Shown one piece after another: positions 53,285-56,851 of a stretch of 56,851 nt of DNA (positions are counted from its first letter, which is position 1; every line of letters begins with the position of its first letter). Both the position numbers and the translations under genes were made by a program. This stretch comes from an uncultured Candidatus Saccharibacteria bacterium (GTDB taxonomy: Bacteria; Patescibacteriota; Minisyncoccia; UBA9983). The notes under the pieces were generated by a model, which was not told where the DNA came from, made no database searches, and saw nothing but the letters and a program-made list of their open reading frames with translations. The stretch covers positions 1-56,851 of the forward strand of contig CAYWCU010000003.1 in the NCBI GenBank assembly GCA_964456855.1, read 5' to 3'.

Positions 53285-53446
53285 ATGGATGCCAAAAAAC
53301 TGAGAAAAATAAGAGAGATTTGTCTTGATTCCGGGTTTTGCGACCCCATAAACAAGACATTGGCGGAATGCGAAAAATGCATTGTCGCCGAAAAGCCCGA
53401 CAAAAGTTTCCGGCCCAGAAGGAGTAATTCCGGACCGTTGGATTAA
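53285..53446 (+). CDS. 53-aa Cys-rich small protein MDAKKLRKIREICLDSGFCDPINKTLAECEKCIVAEKPDKSFRPRRSNSGPLD
   Basis: SD AAGGGAGG 4 nt upstream, own promoter and terminator; below the ORF-track cutoff. Confidence 0.65.
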   Translation: MDAKKLRKIREICLDSGFCDPINKTLAECEKCIVAEKPDKSFRPRRSNSGPLD

Positions 53447-53471
53447 AAACGTCCGGGACGCGTAATCGCCC

Positions 53472-53498
53472 AAAGGGGAAGTTTATACTTCCCCTTTT
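53472..53498 (+). terminator. Intrinsic terminator
   Basis: AAAGGGGAAGT-TTAT-ACTTCCCCTTTT. Confidence 0.85.
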
Positions 53499-53555
53499 GT
53501 TATTTTTTATATACTATGTCGCACAATATACCTTTTGCGACATAGTATTCCGATT

Positions 53556-53864
53556 TTACCTTTTGTTTCCTCCTCCGCCGGAAAAATCAACGCTGGGAGC
53601 ATATTTAACAGTGTCCATGCTTTTTCCTCCTTTTATTCTATTCATATTCTTAATAAAGGAACTCCAAATCAACTTGTTAAAAACGTCATACCAAAGATAT
53701 CTTGCCGGTCCGGCCAAATGATTATTCCACAGATATTTGACTCCTCCCAAAACATACGAAAAATTATGCTGAACAATATTACTCTCAGCAAATGATTGAA
53801 TATTGAAACCTAAATAGCTTAGTATCGCGATTCCTATGATTATAAATATAATCCACCGAATCAT
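53556..53864 (-). CDS. Small membrane or secreted hypothetical protein
   Basis: Hydrophobic N-terminus; TATAAT 6 nt before ATG. Confidence 0.75.
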   Translation of the reverse strand: MIRWIIFIIIGIAILSYLGFNIQSFAESNIVQHNFSYVLGGVKYLWNNHLAGPARYLWYDVFNKLIWSSFIKNMNRIKGGKSMDTVKYAPSVDFSGGGGNKR

Positions 53865-53910
53865 ACTTTTATTATACTGGACTTTATTGATTAAGCCAAT
53901 AGCTAGGACA

Positions 53911-55251
53911 TTACAGATATGAAAGCGGGTTCAGATACGCTTTTTTGTCCGCTATCGGGATGTAGGCGTTTTTGCAGTTTATGCTCCTTGTAAATTTGGT
54001 TATTTTGACACCTTGTGTGGCGTAAACGGTAAAGTGCAAATGAGGACCGGTAGCGTAACCGGTTTGTCCACTGTAAGCTATTACCGCTCCGGAAGAAACG
54101 CTTTCTCCCGCATCAACTTTTATTTTTGAAAGATGGGCGTAAAGAGTTGAAAGCCCGTTACCGTGTCGCAAAAGAATCCATTTTCCATAAGAATAACAGC
54201 CCTTGATGCTATCTGTGTTTCCCACCCCCTCCACGATTCCGGCTGAAGCGGCTCTAACGCGGGTGCCGAAAGATGCCCTGAAATCAAGCCCTGTGTGTCC
54301 TCCCCCGTTGTAAATCTGAGGATTTTTGGTGGCGAATTTCGTGTTGCCGAAATACTGGGTAATGCAATAAATATTACCGAGCGCGCTTTTATATGATTTG
54401 CAGTTTTGCATATACTCATTGCTGAATGGCCACTTCAAAATGCCGGAACCGGTCGGAGGAATGCTGTTTGGGTCTATAACAATTCTTAATTGTGATTCCA
54501 TTTCTGCCAGTTCCCTTTCAAACGCCTCTTTTTTTGCCAATCTCTCTTTCAAAAGTTTCCTGTAATTTAATTCTTTGTTTTGGGTTTTTTTCAAAAGGCT
54601 GTTTTTTACCGCCTTGTTTCTGTTGACGAGATATTTTTGATCAAGGAGTTGGGACTTCAAGCTTTCTTGCTTTTTTTTCTCTATTTGTTCTTGTCCTTTT
54701 TTCTGACTCAAGACTGTTATTGTCGCTCTAATATCGTTAAGGTTGTCCTTAATATTTTTTTGAATATTCTTCATTCTTTCCAAATCTCCGAAAAAATCTG
54801 AGAAACTGTCATTCGCCAAGCTTATTTCCACCAGGGAGCGCGATTCCAATTCATTCATTTGCCTGATAATTTCCCCCATAATTTTTTTTCTTTGGGAGAT
54901 GTCATCCGTTTTGCCACTAATTTCAATGCCAAGCCTTTCAATGTTCAGACCAGACTCTTCTATTTTTTTTTGTGTGAGATAAATGGAGCTGTTTAACGCC
55001 TTGGCGTTTAATTCCAAGCGGTAAAGTTCGTTTTTAAGAGTATTCTTTTCCCCTGTTACGGAGTCAATTTGCTGGCGGTATTTTTTGATATCTTTTTCAA
55101 TATTCGCGATTTGATTGCTTCTTTGTTCAATTTGATTTTTTAAATCGTTTATTTTGGAAGCGTTTGCTCCGGAGTGAAAAACAAAAAAAGCGAGAATCAG
55201 TATTACAATCGGAAATCGTAAATCTTTAAATTTTAATCTATAATTTCGCAT
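53911..55251 (-). CDS. Coiled-coil M23 peptidase (EnvC/MepM-like)
   Basis: Signal/TM, long coiled coil, HTGLDF, STLYAHLS, TGPHLHF. Confidence 0.92.
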   Translation of the reverse strand: MRNYRLKFKDLRFPIVILILAFFVFHSGANASKINDLKNQIEQRSNQIANIEKDIKKYRQQIDSVTGEKNTLKNELYRLELNAKALNSSIYLTQKKIEESGLNIERLGIEISGKTDDISQRKKIMGEIIRQMNELESRSLVEISLANDSFSDFFGDLERMKNIQKNIKDNLNDIRATITVLSQKKGQEQIEKKKQESLKSQLLDQKYLVNRNKAVKNSLLKKTQNKELNYRKLLKERLAKKEAFERELAEMESQLRIVIDPNSIPPTGSGILKWPFSNEYMQNCKSYKSALGNIYCITQYFGNTKFATKNPQIYNGGGHTGLDFRASFGTRVRAASAGIVEGVGNTDSIKGCYSYGKWILLRHGNGLSTLYAHLSKIKVDAGESVSSGAVIAYSGQTGYATGPHLHFTVYATQGVKITKFTRSINCKNAYIPIADKKAYLNPLSYL

Positions 55252-55253
55252 TT

Positions 55254-56612
55254 TTAATTTTGAATTTTCAACTCGGCGTTTTTAAGTCTTCTCAGGGTTT
55301 CTTCCTTGCCTAAAATTTCAGCTACGGAAAAAGGGTCCGGCGATTTATCAAGTCCAGTTAATGCCATTCTGAACGGCCACAGCACATTCCCTCTGCCCTG
55401 CTCTTCCGCGTAATCCCAGACCGCTTTTTTAACGCTTTCGGAGGAAAAATCTGGTGTATCTAACGGTTCCAGGAATTTGACAATTTCTTCTAGGTGTTTT
55501 TTGGTTGCGTTCAAATCTCTTTCCTTTTTCCAAAGCAGTTTTTCTTTTTCATATTCGGGCTGTTCAAAAAAATATCCTATTTCTTCCCCCGCTTCCGTTA
55601 GTGTGTTCATTCTTTCCTGTTTGATTTTTACGATTTTCCTTATTTTTTCCATCTGTCCGTCGGCTGTCGGATAACGGCTGACAATGTATGGCAAGCAAAG
55701 TTCTGTCAGTTTGCCGGTATCCATGTTTTTTATGTATTGGCTGTTCAGCCAATCAAGGCGGTCCGTGTTGAAAACCGCGCCCCCTTTTTGGATTTTTTTC
55801 AAGGAGAATTCTTTAATAAGCTCCTCCATACTGAAAATTTCCCTTTCGTCGCCCGGGTTCCAGCCCAAAAATGCCATGAAATTGACGAGCGCTTTAGGGA
55901 GATACCCTTTTTCACGGTATTCGTTCACGGAAGCCGCTCCGTGCCGTTTGGACAGTTTTGACCGGTCGGCGCCCAGAATAAGCGGTATGTGGGCGTATAT
56001 TGGTCGTGAAGCGCCGATTGCGTTCTGGATGAGGATTTGCCTGGGCGTGTTGGAAATGTGATCCTCGCCCCGTATAATGTGCGTAATTCCCATCTCAAAA
56101 TCATCCACGACGACCGCCAAATGATACAGTGGCGTTTCTTCATCCTTAGCGATGACAAAGTCTCCCAGTTCCGTCGTGTCAAATTCAATTTCTCCGCGAA
56201 TTTCATCCTTGAAGCTGACTTTCAGGTTTGGATTTTTGAAACGAATGACGGACTTGCTTTTACCTTCCTTTTCTTCTGAAACATACGCCTTTCCGCCGTT
56301 CAGCAGTTTTTGAATGTATTTTTTGTAAATTTCACCCCTTTCGCTCTGTCTGTAAAATTCGTCCCATTCAATGCCCAGCCATTTCAGCCCGTTAAGAATG
56401 TCATCCTCGTATTCCTTTTTTGAGCGCTCTTTGTCCGTGTCCTCAATCCGCAAAACAAACTTGCCGCCATTCTGCCTGGCGAATAAATAATTAAACAATG
56501 CCGTCCTCACCCCGCCCACATGCAAAACTCCCGTCGGCGACGGCGCAAATCGGGTGCGAACTTGCTCCTTTTGACTTGCATCGGTATCGTTTGCAGGTTT
56601 GGTTTTATCCAT
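55254..56612 (-). CDS. gltX: Glutamyl-tRNA synthetase
   Basis: RTRFAPSPTG, HVGG, LRIEDTD, RGEDH, KLSKR. Confidence 0.97.
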   Translation of the reverse strand: MDKTKPANDTDASQKEQVRTRFAPSPTGVLHVGGVRTALFNYLFARQNGGKFVLRIEDTDKERSKKEYEDDILNGLKWLGIEWDEFYRQSERGEIYKKYIQKLLNGGKAYVSEEKEGKSKSVIRFKNPNLKVSFKDEIRGEIEFDTTELGDFVIAKDEETPLYHLAVVVDDFEMGITHIIRGEDHISNTPRQILIQNAIGASRPIYAHIPLILGADRSKLSKRHGAASVNEYREKGYLPKALVNFMAFLGWNPGDEREIFSMEELIKEFSLKKIQKGGAVFNTDRLDWLNSQYIKNMDTGKLTELCLPYIVSRYPTADGQMEKIRKIVKIKQERMNTLTEAGEEIGYFFEQPEYEKEKLLWKKERDLNATKKHLEEIVKFLEPLDTPDFSSESVKKAVWDYAEEQGRGNVLWPFRMALTGLDKSPDPFSVAEILGKEETLRRLKNAELKIQN

Positions 56613-56798
56613 GAAAGTATTTTAACATAAAAGAGGGTGAAGAAGATAATGTCTGCCGAAAGAAAACGTCGGTGGCTGCGCCGCTGGTGAAGAAAAAAGG
56701 CATTATTTTTAATCTTGAATCACCTTGTCGCGCAACGGAAAGGGAGATGCCTTTAGGTTTCTGAAGAAAATGATGAAGAGCATTAACTTCCGGCAAAC

Positions 56799-56851
56799 TG
56801 CACAAGTTCACTAACATATGGCACTCTTCTAAAAAGAAGAGAAATGAGACA
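56799..56851 (+). repeat. 53-bp exact dispersed repeat, copy 2 (runs to the window end)
   Basis: Identical to 41676-41728. Confidence 0.95.

Noticed and set aside
56605-56817. 70-aa minus ORF upstream of gltX
   Set aside because: It overlaps the gltX promoter and start and the 53-bp repeat; no recognisable motif or initiation signal.

Overview
Bacterial chromosomal fragment, genetic code 11 (TGA ends several genes). It is most likely from a Patescibacteria/CPR (Parcubacteria-like) genome. That is an inference from the short EF-Ts and ProRS, the GWAW-repeat surface protein, the REP/RAYT content and the near-absence of Shine-Dalgarno sites. Most of the window is housekeeping: translation (rplY, prfA, rpmE, rpsB, tsf, frr, proS, lysS, cysS, gltX, rplU, rplI, rpmA, greA, tRNA-Thr, tRNA-Glu), cell shape and division (mreBCD-mrdA; mraZ-rsmH-ftsL-ftsI-murF-yvcK), replication and repair (holB, dnaB, recR, rmuC, a Cas4/AddB-like nuclease), central metabolism (gap, rpiB, pyrG, pyrF), transporters and peptidoglycan hydrolases. 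An AT-rich, decaying defence hotspot surrounds tRNA-Glu (about 27.3-32.3 kb). It holds a DpnI-family nuclease, a DNA methyltransferase fragment, an AAA_21+RloB pair, an HsdS-like remnant and two homopolymer-frameshifted genes. I found no CRISPR array, integrase, prophage or reverse transcriptase, and I cannot point to one complete, clearly new multi-gene system. The strongest leads not shown by the ORF track are: (1) complete stand-alone micro-transcription units (promoter, SD, ORF under 60 aa, terminator); (2) a 48-bp double-hairpin REP translated inside cysS; (3) a RAYT transposase wedged between mreC and mreD inside 17-bp repeats; (4) an RF1 lacking its N-terminal domain; (5) a rod-like candidate ncRNA after lysS; (6) an exact 53-bp dispersed repeat; (7) two cargo blocks each bracketed by a partial duplicate of a neighbouring gene; (8) pervasive leaderless promoter architecture. 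All family assignments are from motif recognition by eye, with no database search.
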